Assembly (NCBI RefSeq): GCF_009834535.1
Contig: NC_045697.1
Coordinates: 46,068,001-46,132,000 of the forward strand
Reading direction: 5' to 3'
Origin: Camelus ferus
Lineage: Eukaryota
DNA: 64,000 nt
Part shown: positions 1-14,329 of the stretch, piece by piece
Position numbering within the stretch: the stretch's first letter is position 1
Layout of the letters: each line of letters opens with the position of its first letter
The notes under the pieces: model-generated
What the model saw: only the letters and a program-made list of their open reading frames with translations
The model's database searches: none
What the model was told of the DNA's origin: nothing
Made by a program: the position numbers and the translations under genes

Positions 1-239
1 TTCACATCCCTTGACCTTTTCAATCATTCACTTCACAATGCTAATAAGCATCTGGGACATACCAACGTTTAAATGAATCTGTATTTTGGAAGTATATTGG
101 ATATTTCTTCATTCAGACAAAATAAGGTTCTTTTCAAAAATGTTTCCTTATTTTGCACAGGAATAACTGAAAAATCTATGTTGAAAGGGCTGGATACTTA
201 ATATTAAAAGTGTGTGATTGTTGCCTCAGAAATCATGCT

Positions 240-1950
240 TTTTTTGGTCACAGCTTTATTGAAGTATAATTTACATACCAGACAATTTACAAATTTAGAG
301 TGTACACCTCAATGGTTTTTAGTGAATTCAAAGAGCTATGCAACAAATCACCAGAATTAGTTTTTACAACATTTTATCACTTCCCAGAGAAATCCTGTAT
401 CCTTTAGTCATCACCCCCATGCAGCCAACCGCCCACCACCAGTCCTAGGCAACCACTAATTTAATTTCTGTCTCTGTAGATTTGCCTATTCTGAACAATT
501 TATGTAAATGGAATCTCAAAAGTGATGATATTTGGTGATTGACTTCTTTCTCTTAGCATGTGGTTCATCCATGTTATAGCATGTATGTCATACCTATTTT
601 GGGCTGAATAATATTCCAGTTTGTGGTTATACCACATTTTATTCATTCATTAGTGGTTGGACATTTGGGTTATTCCACCCTTTGGCTACTTTGAATAATG
701 CTGCTATGAAAATAAGTGTACATATCTTTGTATATATATGTTTTCATTTCTTTTGAGTAATATACCTGGAAGTAGAATTCATGGGTCATATAATAACTCC
801 ATGCTTAACTTTTTGAAGAACTGCCACGCTGGTTTCCAAAATGGCTGCACCATTTTACAGTTCCACCAGCATTGTATGAGGATTCCAATTTCTTCATACC
901 CTCATCAACACTTGTTATCTGACTTTTTATGATAGCCATCCTAGTGGCTTCACTCTTTTGATAGTGTTCTTTCAAGTACAAAAGCTGTATGTAAGTTTTG
1001 ATAAAGTCCAGTTAATCACTTTCTTTTGTTGCTCATAAGCATACCTAAGGAATCACTGCTAAATCTAAGGTCATGAAGATTTATCCCTATGTTTTCTTTT
1101 AAGACTTTTATAGTTACAGATTTTCTGTTTTAAGTCTTTATTACACTTCAAGATAATTTTTATATGCAATATGAGGTAGTAGTCCAACTTTTCTTTTCAA
1201 GGTGGATATCCAGTAGTCCCACAGACATTTGTTGAAAAGACTCTTCTTTCCTCATTGAATGGTCTTGGCACCTTTTTTGAAAGTCAATTGACCATAGATA
1301 TGTTGGAGTTTTTTCTACAGATCTATATGTCAATCTTCATGCCAATACTATCTGTCTTAATTATTGTTCCTTTGTAGTAGTAAGCTTTGAAATTGGAAAA
1401 TTCAAGTCCTCCAAGTTTGTTCTTTTTCAAAGTTGCTTTGGCTATTTTGAGTACTTTGGATTTCTATAAGCATTTTAGGATCAGCATGTCAGTTTCTGCA
1501 AAAAAGCCAGCTGGGATTCTGATAGGGATTGTGTTGAATCTGTGGATCAGTTTGGGGAATATTGCCATCTTAACAATATTAAGTTTTTCAATCCATGAAC
1601 ACAGGATGTCTTTCCATTTATTTAGATCATTAGTTTCTTTCAACAATATTTTGTAGTTTTCAGAGTATGAATTTCACACCTTTTTGTTAAATTTATTCCT
1701 AAGCATTTTATTATTTTTGATGCTGTTAAATGAGTGAAATTGTTTTTTGTTTTTGTATTGTTCATTGCAAGAGTATAGAAATATATACTCTTATATGTAC
1801 ATACAATATATAGATTTTTATATGTTTATCTTATATGACACAACCCAACTGAATTTGTTCATTAGGTCTAATAATTTTTTAGTGGATTCCTTAGTTTTTC
1901 TGTATACAAGATCATGTCATTGCAAATAGAGATAGTTTTACTTCTTACTA
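240..1950 (-). mobile_element. Old LINE-1 fragment (3' part of ORF2 plus 3' UTR), degraded
   Basis: ORF 1464-1646(-) DLNKWKDILCSWIEKLNIVKMAIFPKLIHRFNTIPIRIP is L1 ORF2p-like; antisense L1 3' end with T-run at about 240. Confidence 0.92.
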
Positions 1951-3339
1951 ATGCTTTTTAAATAATAATTCACCACATTTTAGCCTTAAATGAAATCATT
2001 GAATGGACTATGTCCAGATGTGAGAATTTATACATGGATTTTTCATTTTTGTCAAATCTACTTTTCACTAATATATGATCATTGCTAATAAAACATTACT
2101 TTTCTTCTCTTTTTGTTTTCTGTTTTTTAATATAAATCGCTTGAACAATTGTTTCTTCTGACCACTTTACTTCCCCACAGTAACACTGTTAACTTTCTGC
2201 AAAATTAACAATGTTGTTACCATTTATTCTAAAAGGATTATGTCATCTAACCAGTCGCAGGGTCAGCAGTTTTTGATTTAATGAAATAAGACAAATTTCT
2301 TGAGAATGGAGTTTTATACAGCAATCAAAAGTACAGAAGAGCACTGTCACCTCACTATAGCAGTAAGTTTGTAGTATTATAAATAAGACAATAGAACATC
2401 TGTCCACAAAAGGCTAATTAAAATTTTGATATATATTCCTCCCACACCACAAAACATAAATACCTGCCACTTATGGCTAATTTCCCCTCTACCTAGAAAA
2501 CTGCTCCTGCAATCACTTTATAACACATTGAATAAAAAAGCTGCCAGCATTTGGCACAGACTGATAGCAAAGCAATAAAAATTAGTCAAGAATTATACAG
2601 CTGATTCTGGGAACACCACGAGTCTTTCAACATGTCTCTCCGTCTCTGTCCAAAATCCATCTATCATCCACATATGGCTGTCTCATTAGACTTAAGTTTC
2701 TGAGGCACTCATTAAGGAGCTCAGAGGATGGGTTAGTGTGTTACCAAAGAGGAGACTGAGTTCAGGGGCAACCTCCTGATCCCAGGATGTAGCCTCCAGA
2801 ACCAAGGAGCATTATAAGGAAGATGGCCATGCAGTTTCTCTGAGAAAATAGCTCTTTTAAGGAGTTTTATCTGGAAGTTATCTGACACAGAGAGCAAGAT
2901 GCTGCATTTAGGATGAAGTTAAAATCCTTCGTCAGAAGCAAATAGATTAATCTGTGATATAACTTCAGCTCCATTCTGAGACATTTTTTATTATGTGCTT
3001 CTATAAACGAAATATGTATAATCAGGGAAGGTTTAAGTAATTAGTCTCCTACTCGGGCTGGTTATATTTCATATTTTTTACTATTACCCACTCATACATT
3101 TTTTTAAGACCAAGCTTTAACTGTTATGAAAACAGTTATCGAATGTATATTAAAATTTGGCAGAGTTGATAGCCTAAGTTATCATTGATTCATAACAAAA
3201 CAAACCACAAGAATGCTCACTTGCAAGTGACTTATCCGAACATGCCCCCATAAACTGTATTTAAATGCTGTTGATTTTTATCTCAGTGCAAACACTGGAG
3301 CATCCATATTAGTAAAGAGACAGAAAAATCATCTAGACT

Positions 3340-3570
3340 TGACTCCAGAGCCTTAGCTATTAGCCAGAATAATCTGAATTTTAATCTTGGATCTCCCCTT
3401 TTGTGGCTATGCCATATTGAGTAAATCACAAAATCTCTCCAAAGCCTGCTCTCTTCTTTGTAAACAGAAAGTGAGAACTATTTAGCTTATGAGTTACATT
3501 AAAGAATGAAATGAGAAAATGCATATCAAAAAATTTAGCACAATGCTTGGCATGTGGTAAGTTCTTGAAT
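3340..3570 (+). mobile_element. MIR SINE relic
   Basis: Core-like gagtaaatcacaaaatctctc...tgtaaacag...aaatgagaaaatgcat...agcacaatgcttggcatgtggtaag. Confidence 0.6.
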
Positions 3571-5317
3571 AGACTTTGAATTCTACTCCTGTTCTTAGCC
3601 TACTAATTTGAAAATCTTAACTAATAATTTATGTGTAACACTCACATTTATTATAATTATAACTGAGAGTTAATAAAAATACAGTGCAATTCCCTCTTAA
3701 AACATGTGCATTAATACTGTCTACTATTAATATGAATGAAATGCTTTAAATTTAAAAGATAAATATATAATATATGCTATATTATATGTACCATATATGC
3801 TATATATAAAGCATATACATTTATTGATAAAGCATATATATGCTACATATATTATGTATTTAATTTTCCAACTTTTCTATCTTAGCATTCACTCTATTAC
3901 CTTCTTTACATCCAGGAAGGCAGTACTCCCTGTATGAAAGACTAGCAGATAACAAACCACAGCCCACATTGAACCATATTCCCACATTAATTCAACAGCT
4001 GATATTATGTCAAGGGTGTATCTTTTTCAGAGGCACTAGGCATACAATAGAAGAGATATGACAAGCCTATTTCATCTCCGTATCACCTAGAGATCTTAGT
4101 ATTGTACCTAGGAAATAGTAGGCGTTCAAAAAGTATTTACTGATTAGAACTACATCTCATACATGGTGAAAGATAGGGGGAGATGATAAGGTAGATTAAA
4201 AAACTTAATAATATAAAAAAAGTCCCATATGCTATTAACTGATATAAAAATATTTTACTCTGTTTTAATACATATTACTGATAGTTACATATTGGTACAA
4301 TAGTACTTTATGCAATTTATAAAAATTTAGGTGTGAATTTGGGTTCAAATAATGTTTTACTAATAGGACTGGTTTTAAAAGGTATGGAGACTTTGGCAAG
4401 GGGTGGTGCTGAAACAGTTCTCGGCCATCTACCTATACATCCATCTACCTATTGATCCATCCATCCTTTTTTTTTTCCAGCTTGAAACTTCTCTCACCCG
4501 AAATTCTTGTTTATATCCAGATGTGATGGAAGAGAGAAAAGAAGGTATGACTGATCATCAGTGGACATAAAATGGATTGTGAAAGGCTCTTAGCATATAA
4601 TTCCCCAAGTCTCATAGGTACCACACAAATTATATCATCAAAGTAACTCTACTTGTCAAACTCTTAATATGCATTTGAAATACTTCACAATTCACAGTTG
4701 TGGATTGTCTTGATATACAGTTTGCACCTCTCTTGCTGAATTAAAGCAATCACCTTCTTATAAGTCCTCAATAAGATTTGTAGGGGTTTTGGATTGTTAT
4801 TTTTGGTTTGTCTGTTTTCCTAAAAGGACTATACCTGTCTTTCCTTATGGATGAACCCAATACTCTAATTCACTGACTTAGGGGCTTTTTTGTTACCAAT
4901 TTTCTGTTATAGATTGTCTTCTACACAGTTGACCTTCCCTTAGAAACATGAAAAATAAATATATAATACATAATGTATGTGTTGTAAATATATATGGAAT
5001 TGAAATTTAAAAGGATGTGATAAATATAATTCATGTTTTAAATAATTTTGTTATTTACCAATAATTCAAATAATTTTCCTCTCACTAATATTAATATTTT
5101 AATTGAGAGCAATGTGATTGTTTTGTAATTTTTTAACTTGATCAACCCTTTGTGGTACTCACATGCTGGTATTCAAAGCTATGGGTCTAAATTCATTATG
5201 TTTCAATATGTGATTTTAAAAAGCTGTTGTAACTGCAAAATATTCTTCATAAGCTACATAGACCCATAAGGGAGAGATGAATGCAGGCTCTGATTATTAA
5301 ATCACAGTATCTTTTTA

Positions 5318-5637
5318 CATGACACAAATGAACTTGTTTGCAAAACAGAAACAGACTCACAGACATAGAAAACAAATGTATGGTTGCCAAGGAAGAAAGG
5401 GAGGAGAGAGGGATAAATTGGGAGTTCATGATTTGCAGATACACACTACTATATGTAAAATAGATAAACAACAAGGTCCTACTATAGAGCACAGGAAACT
5501 ATATTCAATATCTTGTAATAGCTTATAATGAAAAAGAATACGAAAAGAAATATATATAAGTATAACTGAACTGCTATGCTGTACATCAGAAATTAACACA
5601 ACATTGTAATTCAACTAAACCTCAATCTAAAAAAATA
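5318..5637 (+). mobile_element. 5'-truncated LINE-1 3' end (artiodactyl/camelid type)
   Basis: acagactcacagacatagaaaac...aactatattcaatatcttgta...acacaacattgtaa plus A tail; homologous to the copies at 17190, 51478, 53421, 58170. Confidence 0.88.
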
Positions 5638-6618
5638 GCCTTTCACAATCTCATCTGCCAATTATGTAAAAGAGTTTTGCTGAAATGCAGCAAATACATC
5701 TCTGTCTTCCCTGATAACAATCTCTCATGCTAGGTAGAAAGTGCTGTGCATCTTTAACTGGAGGAGACGTCTCATTTCCTCCAGTCCAGTACTTCCTGGT
5801 TCAGCCTCTAGTCCAGGGCCATGTGACTGCCTCCAAGACCTTGTTTTGGTTAAAGAGAAGGGAATGGTTTTGCTGTTGAGGCTGCAAATATTGTGTGTGC
5901 TTGCACACATGTATGTATCCATACACATACATGTATTTTGAGATTGGTTAAAAGCATGTGAATGACAATTGACACTTATCAATTGACCTGTGCCTCAACA
6001 AAAATAAAAGTTTATATGAACCTCTCAAACGAGATTTTCTGATATAACAAAACTTGAAGATATGTTAGAGTAAGAAGGCAAGAGGGAAGGCAGGAAGAGA
6101 GAGACGGGAAAAGAGTTACTCTATGCTACAGCAGAGAGAACATTTACAATGTTAAGGTGTAAGAAGGATAGAGTATAGGAGCAATAAAGATACGGCCGTA
6201 TGTGTCTCCTTCCTAAGTACTCCATTTAGAATCTGATCCTCCTCTGGTTTCCAAATCCAGAGGTGGAAACCAACCGTGATGAATGGACCATAATAATTTC
6301 ATGATATGCTTCATATGGTACCTCTCAGAATCACATACTATCTGGAGCATCATTTATGAGAGAGCAGGAATGTGCTGCACCCAAGCCCTTCTCAGTCTTA
6401 GTTTATAAGCTGCCTTCATAGTAAAAAAAAGAATCGCAAAATCAAATTTAAGCACATCTCATAGTAGCTTTTTTAAAAAGGCAGTTGGAGAAGCTTCTTA
6501 TTTTTCATATCCAACCCCATTCCTTTCATTAAAATTTGATTTTACAGGTAACTAAGTGGATTGCTTTCAACTGATTTTTAATACTCAGTTCATGGTGCAA
6601 ACTTAATTCTGGCAGTTT

Positions 6619-6715
6619 GTGTTTTTGTTTGTGGAGGAGGTACTTGGGATTGAGCCTGGGACCTCGTGCTTGCTAAGCACGCATGCTACCACTGAGTATA
6701 CCCACCTCCAACCCC
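6619..6715 (-). mobile_element. tRNA-derived SINE, Vic-1-like
   Basis: Reverse complement ...tatactcagtggtagcatgcgtgcttagcaagcacgaggtcccaggctcaatcccaagtacctcc...; flanked by a degenerate 14-bp TSD (aattctggcagttt 6605-6618 / aattctcgcaattt 6716-6729). Confidence 0.8.
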
Positions 6716-7769
6716 AATTCTCGCAATTTCTGTATTTCCCTGAGAGCATCAGTCTTATCCAATGTTGAAAGGTTAACTTTAATAAATAAAAGAGCCAAAG
6801 GACTAAAATTCAAGGATTGAGATCTGTGATGCATCAGACCGTGTTGTCTCTTAATACATAAATGTACAAATATTCACTTTGCATGAAACTAAAGAAGCTA
6901 TGAGTAAAGCTTTTATTTTACAGCTAGAGGAAGCATATTGAATAGTACAGACAAGGAAACAGGTGCAAAGCACTTAAGTTATTTGACCTCATTGTAGGGT
7001 TTGTTAGTGGTGAAGCAGGTGCTCCAGTGCATATTTCCTCCCTCTGAGACCAAGTTCCCTCCATGAGCCTTACTACTTTCTCCTCACACAGAACATAGCA
7101 GCAAAAGGGGCAGAGAGCTCAGTGTAAGGGTATACAAGTCTGCTTGTGCAAGTGCCCAGTAGCCTGTAAAGGCTGCTAACGGGTCAGACTAGGAACAATG
7201 GCAGCAGCCTTGCAATCTAGACAGTCTCCTAATTGCAACAGGAGGTCTGATAACTCAGCTGTCTGGTAACAGTGATCACCCAGTACTTAAATCGTGCATT
7301 AAGGAAATATCACTAACTTTCTCTTACGTTATTTTAAGCTCTAAACTTCAAGTGTCTACAGCTGTAATTCTCAACCCAGGCCCCTTTCTTTAGGAAAATT
7401 GTTCTAAGACAGTGTTCTCACAACTTTCCTGTTCATCAGTGTATTGCAGGCGCTCAAGGCCTGGCAGGTTCACAGATTTGGGCACTCTGAAGAACACCTG
7501 CAGAGTCGGAGGTGTCTCTGACATGTCTTCACTGCGAGAGGAGTACACAGGCTTCGATGGCGGCAGCAGGAAGCCCCGCCCACCTTACACAGCAAGGCAA
7601 ACAAAGCCGGCACCCAGCCCATTACGACCTATGGGCTCACCAGTGCGCTTGCGTAGGACAAGTCATCACCGCGTAACAACACATTGGTACTGCGCATGAG
7701 GGATAGTATCACTGAGTCACTAGGCACCGGGCATCTAGCGAGGGACCTGACTGACTCCATTTTCCCTAC

Positions 7770-7922
7770 AATCCGAATCCCCTGGAGGGCTTGCTAGAAC
7801 ACAGAGTTCTGAGCCCCTGCCCAGGGTTTCTACTTCAGTAGGTCTGGGATGAGACCAGGGATGTTGTGTTTCTCAGGTGATGCTGTTGCTGCCAGTCCAG
7901 GGACCACGCTTCAAGAATCACT
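7770..7922. mobile_element. MER5A-like hAT DNA transposon relic
   Basis: gaatcccctggagggcttgctagaacacaga...tcagtaggtctggg...aggtgatgctg...ggaccacgcttcaagaatcact resembles MER5A. Confidence 0.65.
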
Positions 7923-9029
7923 ACTCTGAGCAGTTGATAAAAACCCACTGGGTTCCTTCTTCCTTAATGATCTTTCCCCCACAGAAGGCAAGACTCTTTG
8001 ACAACTAACTCCGTCAAGTCCCCTTCTGATCAGTGCCTCTAGCACATGTATTTCCCTCTCAGTAGCTTTAGGAAGCCTCTAGCAGATTTTATCAGCTGGA
8101 CTCTGCCATTTGCTTTTAGCTCTTAAAGAACAACACTCTTTCCCTTGAAACATTTCAAATACATTTAAACATAGTAACCATCTAAAGATGTGATATTTTT
8201 CCATAAACACACACTACATAAATGTTACACTACAGTGTCTCTTGTCCACGCTAGGCAGGCATGAGAGGGCACAGGTGAGTTATATTTTGCTTCTTCATGC
8301 AGTACAAATAAGTGGGTAAAAACAGCCCTGATACTCCTTCTTCTAAATGCGTTAACTCAAGAAACCTGCTACTGGTTAATAGCAACTGCTATCCAAAGTC
8401 TGGGGAACACCAGGATAAACATAAATCCGGAAAATATGAGGCTCATAAATTAGTTCCTAAAAAAGGAACTAACATTCATTGAGTGCCTATTAGGAGCCAA
8501 ACCATCAGACGTTTTTAATTCACAAAACGGAACTCTGTGTTTTAGCAAGTGCTCCAGGTAGTTCTTAGGCAGATTAACATTTGAGAACCATTAATTTAAA
8601 GAAATAAATATTTGAATATTGGTATTTTAGGAGAAAAAGACCACTTTGGCATTTTAACAGGTCTGGTGAGGCTGGTGAGGTCTGCCCTGAAAGAGAAACA
8701 CCAAATGAGACAAGGTAGCTGGGAACTTGGGGAGAATAACTTTGGGGGGCAGGCAGGAGTAATGTAAAGAGGGAAAACAGAGTTGGTGTCTGTCTCAAGC
8801 AAGCTGTGTGTGTGCCCTGTTGCCCTATTGTGGGGTGCTCTCAAAGTATGCTCGGGGACCCCTTCTGGAGAGGTAACTGAGGATGCCTCTCCCCCCAGGG
8901 ACTCCACCACTCTGAACGTTCACAGGACAGCCTCACAAATATGTCAGAAAGTAGAGATGGAGTTAAAGAAATTGAGCTTGTGGGGAGGGGTTAGTGGGTA
9001 CAAAACGGGATGGAGAGAGAGGGCTGCCT

Positions 9030-9215
9030 GAGTCAGACAGATTTCAGACTTAATTCCGATAGTCACTTCCTAGCTGGTGAGCTCAGGCAAATTACTTAAT
9101 CTAACTCAGGTTTTGTCCTTATCTATAAAAGGGGATAATCATACCTACCTCAGAGAATTGTTGTGAGGATTAAAAGAGATAATGATGTGCTTGGCACCCA
9201 GTAGGAACTCAATTG
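9030..9215 (+). mobile_element. MIR SINE relic
   Basis: ggcaaattacttaatct...atctataaaaggggataat...gttgtgaggattaaaagagataat...tggcacccagtaggaactcaa. Confidence 0.7.
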
Positions 9216-12200
9216 TCCAAAGGCAGCTGGCAGACCCAGCTCCCCCTCTGGCATAATGGAAGTAGTCCTACCTTTTTCCTTAAGTTGAAGCTTTTCTCCA
9301 TGGGTTTTTGCTTTTCATTATCTGCTTTGTCTTGTGTGAATAGAAATGACCAGAGTGGAAGAGCAGAGTCCTCCTGGGAGAGTAGGTGGGAACTGGGTTT
9401 GTATCAGCTTGTTCTCTCCTCCTGCTCCCCAACCTTGCTAGTCTGCCCCCTCCAGCGGGGGTGGGGTGGAGTGGGGGAGGGATGTGGGGCCCGCCGCAGG
9501 CATGCTTCTGTAGTCCAAAACTCAGCCAGCTCTGCTTGGAGACTCAGCCTTAATTAGGCATTTACCTAGCATAACTCAGCAAATCTGTGTTTGAAGTAGA
9601 ATGATCCTGTATAAAACTTAATTTCTCTCTTTCTTATTTTGCCTCAAAAAGGAAAAATGGACTCTTCAGGATGGAGGAGGCTTGGATCATATTTCTTCTT
9701 CAATCTGCCTGACTTGGATTGGGGAATTTTTAAAGTAAATACTTATGATGCATAGATGACTTCTGCATGCCAGCTACCTGTCAAGTGTAGCAAGTACTCA
9801 GCCAGCTACTGCATTAGGTTTTGGTTTAAAGCCACTCTAAATGATTTATTGTTTTTAAATTATTTACGTGGCATTATTCCTTTCTTGTAAAATGCAGAAG
9901 TGCTGTCAGGAACAGCACAGCAGCAAGCTTATGAATGGAACTACAAGTAAATCAAGGTAATTAGAAGCTTCAAGTTGCAAATACTGACAAGTTCTCCACC
10001 AGCCACCACTTCACTGACGATAATAAAATTTGCATGATTTCCTGACATTATACTCACCACATATTTTCATTGCACGCTCACTGTAATTACTTAGGGCATG
10101 ATCTCACGCTCATGGCAAGCAGAACTCTCACTGAACCCAGCCGTGACTATTACAGATGCTTAGAAATGAAGCGGATGGAATTAAGGGAAGAGTTCCCTAC
10201 ATAGCTTTAGGGATCTGTGATGTATCAACTGAATTTTGACAGCTAAGAAAAAGAATATTCTCAACTACTCCTATGCTACAATCAGGTCAAATTATAATGA
10301 GACAAAGTTATCTCAAAGACAGGATTCAGGTCCTGAGTTTTGTGACAGTTGATTTCTACAATTTGTTTTCTGGTTCTTTGATGTAAAAAAGAAAAATTAA
10401 AGATGATTTTAATCCCTGATATAAAAGCACATTTAGACATAACTCTAGGTGATACTATGGAAAGAAAAATTGTGTTATTCATCAAAAGTCAGAATGGACA
10501 ATTAAAAGGGATTCAATACCCTAAAAGATCATGGCACCTCCAGATGTATAGGGTGACTAAAACATGTCAATTCAATGTCTGTAATCCTTATCCAACCACT
10601 CATTTTGTCAGTTTACTTCTCAGTACTTGGCCCATCTCTCCTACATACCAGCACACGGATTCATACAGTCTCCATGTGCAGGCTCAGAAAACCAAATTCA
10701 CATCTGACCATTTACTCTTCTTTTCTAAACCCTAGAGCCCCCAACCCATAGCTGTCTCAGTAGAGAAGCTGTCTCAATAGAGAACTATATTATAAAATAT
10801 GTAACAGAGTTTCAATGATGAACACACTGTGTACACTAAAACTTGGAAGACAGAGACAAAAACAAACAAACAAACAAAAACCCTGATTTGATTATTCTCA
10901 GCTTTGCCTTGTGATCCTGGAAGATTTAATCCCTCAACCTGCAAAGGAGGAAATTAGTCATTCACATGCAGCGGTTGTGAGGGGTAAAGAGATAAGATGA
11001 AGCACTGAGCACAGTACTTGGCCTGCAAGAAGTAATGGTCAATTATGAGTGGAAAGATAGAGCTAATTATCCAGAAATGGCCTCTCTTATTTCGTAGGTC
11101 TTTTAGCAAGTCCACATAGAATAGAATGCCTTACTATGGAAAGTTAGTGTCTGAGTTAAGACAAAACTACTAGAGAGCAAGAAAAGGAGCTTTATTTTTT
11201 AGAATTTAACAACACTCCACCAGACTTGAAAAAAAAGGAGAATTTTAGGAATGAGTCTTCTCTACCCTCTAACCATGGAAAGCAACTTGGTGGCATAAAA
11301 TAAAAGTATTAGAAGTTATCCCCCCAAATCACAGTGCTCCCAAACCTAAAGGTATATGTACTGGTAAATCCCTAAAGTAATGAAATTCACAAACAATCCC
11401 CAGATCTTAGCCTGGTCAAAGTTACAACCATAGTTACTGATTTACCTCCTCTGCAACTGTGACAATGCAGATATCTCTTGGCTTTGCGTGAATATGCTGG
11501 GGCGAGGGTGCTTTTGTAATGGTAAGGTATATGAACTTGTAGTAACATATTTGCAATCTTTAGAAAAATGGAATAAAAGTCCATTGTAAATAGTTTGTGT
11601 TAATTATCCTAAAAGATTACATCAAGCTCTGCGGTAGGTTTACTCATCTTTAATTATATCCATTTTTAGACCAGTAGTAACTTATGAGATTTCTGGAATG
11701 TGTTTAGTAATCCACTGAGGAGACTGACTCAGAGTCAAAGAAGAAAGATTTTCAGTGTGTCCAATTGCCGTGACTGCTGACTTCGGTCACTTGTTGCCCA
11801 CCCTTTAACATGAGCAGAGAATGCATCAAAAGTACATAGTTCAATTAGCACAGAGCAAGCATGAAACTATTATGTAGATGGGACATATTTTTTATTGGAT
11901 CACATGAGTGCTCATAACTTCTGCTAAAAATTATGTGCGTCATTTGTATTAAAGTGCCCTTTCCTTTGCCCCCTGCTGTATTTTGAAGACAAAACAGACC
12001 ATCTTTTGTAGAATCCAACAGTCTGCTCATTTGTTGTTGTTGTTGATAACAATAGTGTTCTCATTGCTCCCACTCAAGAAATGGGGAAAATTCATCTTTA
12101 TCAGGCCTCTCAAAGACAAGCCCACCAGCTTTCTGAATGAGCACCTCACTATTTGAATGTGTGGCTTATCACTGAAATATTTTAGCATATCTTAAGGCAG

Positions 12201-13072
12201 TTCCAATGAGGGCTATTACCATGGTTTTCCATTTCAGTGAGATTTTCAAAAAGTGACTTAAATTGTAATTAATGTAGCAGCTGGCCAATCAACATGTTCA
12301 CAACTAGTGAGTTTTATGTACTTTTAAAAGCTTAAATTTGGATAGTACCTTAGAGGCAATTTAAGATGCAACTTCCTGTATCTAGTATACTATAAACATT
12401 TCTTTTGTCTTTTTTTTTTTGTCACGTTTGTGTTTGTAACTGTAAGATTTTTTCCCCCTCTCTCCTTTAATTTGGAAAACATTCATTGTAAGAAAGAAAA
12501 ACTAGTTTTAGAATTGAGTTTCTATATCAGTAGATTAATAAGAGACAAATTAGGAAGTGTGATTTATTTGAGGAAAGTCAAGTTGAAAACAAGACATAAA
12601 TCCAGTAGGATAGTTTCAGGTTTTGGTTGCCTCTAAATTGAAATAATCTCATCAACTCCTTCTACCCCAGAGTGGAATGTTAAAAGACCTTTGAGAGTTG
12701 GCCTATACCAGCAAAGAAAGCAAAGAAATCTTTGTTAAAGTTTTCATTCATTCAGTTACCTATACTGATTAAACTGTGTCTTATTGGCATCCTCTCCCCG
12801 CCTCCCCTGCTGTCGTCTATAACTATTAAACAGATCATTTTCTAGTGCACCATATTCAAACGTTTGAAGAACTGTGTGTTCTTACAGAAGACTTTGTCTT
12901 ATCCCTGTTCATCCACTAGAGCCTTCCTAAAGGAAGCTTACAGAGGTCTGCCGAGTTTGGGTGGAAGAACAAAGAGTTCTCCATGACATCACTTATAGTC
13001 TAAACAGAAGTTCAGCCGTAAGTGAAACCAACTTAGAAACTGGGCTGGAGGAGGAGCAGCAGAAAACCCAGC

Positions 13073-13583
13073 TGTGATGGTTATTTTCATGTGTAAACTT
13101 GACTGGGTTAAGGGATGCCCGGGTAACTGGTAAAACATTATTTCTAAATGGATTTATGAGAGCATGTCCAGGAGAGATTACCATTTAAGTGTGTAGACTG
13201 AGTAAAGAAGATCACCCTCCCCAAAGAGGGTGGACATCATTCAATCCACTGAGAAGCCAAACAGAACAAAAACGGTAGAGGGAAGATAAACTCTCTCTGC
13301 TTGAGCTGGGGCATCCATCTTTTCCTGCCCTCGGACATCAGTGCTCCTGGTTCTCAGGCCTTTGGACATAGGCTGAATTATACCATTGGCTTTCTTGGTT
13401 CTCTAGCTTGTGGATGATGGAATATGGGACTTCTCAGCCTCCCTAATCACATGAATCAATTCCTATATAAATCTCTTCTATAGAAAAATAGATAGATAGG
13501 GATAGGTAGATACCTATATAAATATATAGATATAAATATATATCCTATTGGCTCTATTTCTCTAGAGAACCCTGACTAATACA
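13073..13583 (+). mobile_element. Solo LTR, MLT2 family (ERV-L)
   Basis: Starts TGTGATGGTTA, ends GAGAACCCTGACTAATACA (TG...CA termini); perfect 5-bp TSD CCAGC at 13068-13072 and 13584-13588. Confidence 0.9.
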
Positions 13584-14329
13584 CCAGCTCACACTGCTGG
13601 GGAACTTTACAAATCATCAAGTTAAACCCCATTGAGATGTCCAAGCCTTTCCAGTTAATTCACGAGAGGGGTAAGGTCAGGACACAGACTCACATCTGCC
13701 GATCGCAGCACTTCCTCTTACGAGCAGTAGACCCGTGGGTCCCAGCTTTGGAGGACATACACAGAAGTGGAATAACTAACAGAAGAAGAAATCTTCTTTA
13801 GTCATTTTTGCATATTTGCGCATAGTACATGTTTGATAAATATAATAAAGTGCACAGCTTCTTAAAACTATAATAAAATGATTGCTTATGTATTAATCTG
13901 CTTTATTTTTATTTGCTACTGAACTGTGTGATTTGAAACATACCATTTAAGAATGAATGTATATTTGACCTACAAAATGAAATAAACCATGAATGAAACA
14001 ATTGTCAATTCAATGTATTGCATCCAGCAATAAGGGTATACCATTTAAAATTTCACTCTATACAGCATTGTCAGTGGAAGACTTTGGACCTAAATTATCT
14101 AAGCCATATCCTTACGTCTTTTGCAAAGGCAAATATCGCCACAGAAAGACAATTTACTTCAAAGATGATTAGATTAAAGTTGGTTGCTAAGGTTTAATAT
14201 CAGAAGATATAATACAGAAGCTTGCCTGGCACAGTAAAGAATACATTATGACTTATGCCTGAGGCTTCGATCTTTTGCTTCATTTATAAAGTCAGGATAC
14301 CTTTTTGTGCTATATATATGTGTGAATAT

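Noticed and set aside
738..1929. ORFs at the window start as a gene
   Set aside because: Sense and antisense frames of a degraded LINE-1.
7412..7699. 95-aa ORF, or first coding exon of the downstream neighbour gene
   Set aside because: GTG start, no recognisable protein similarity on either strand; kept only as a regulatory candidate.
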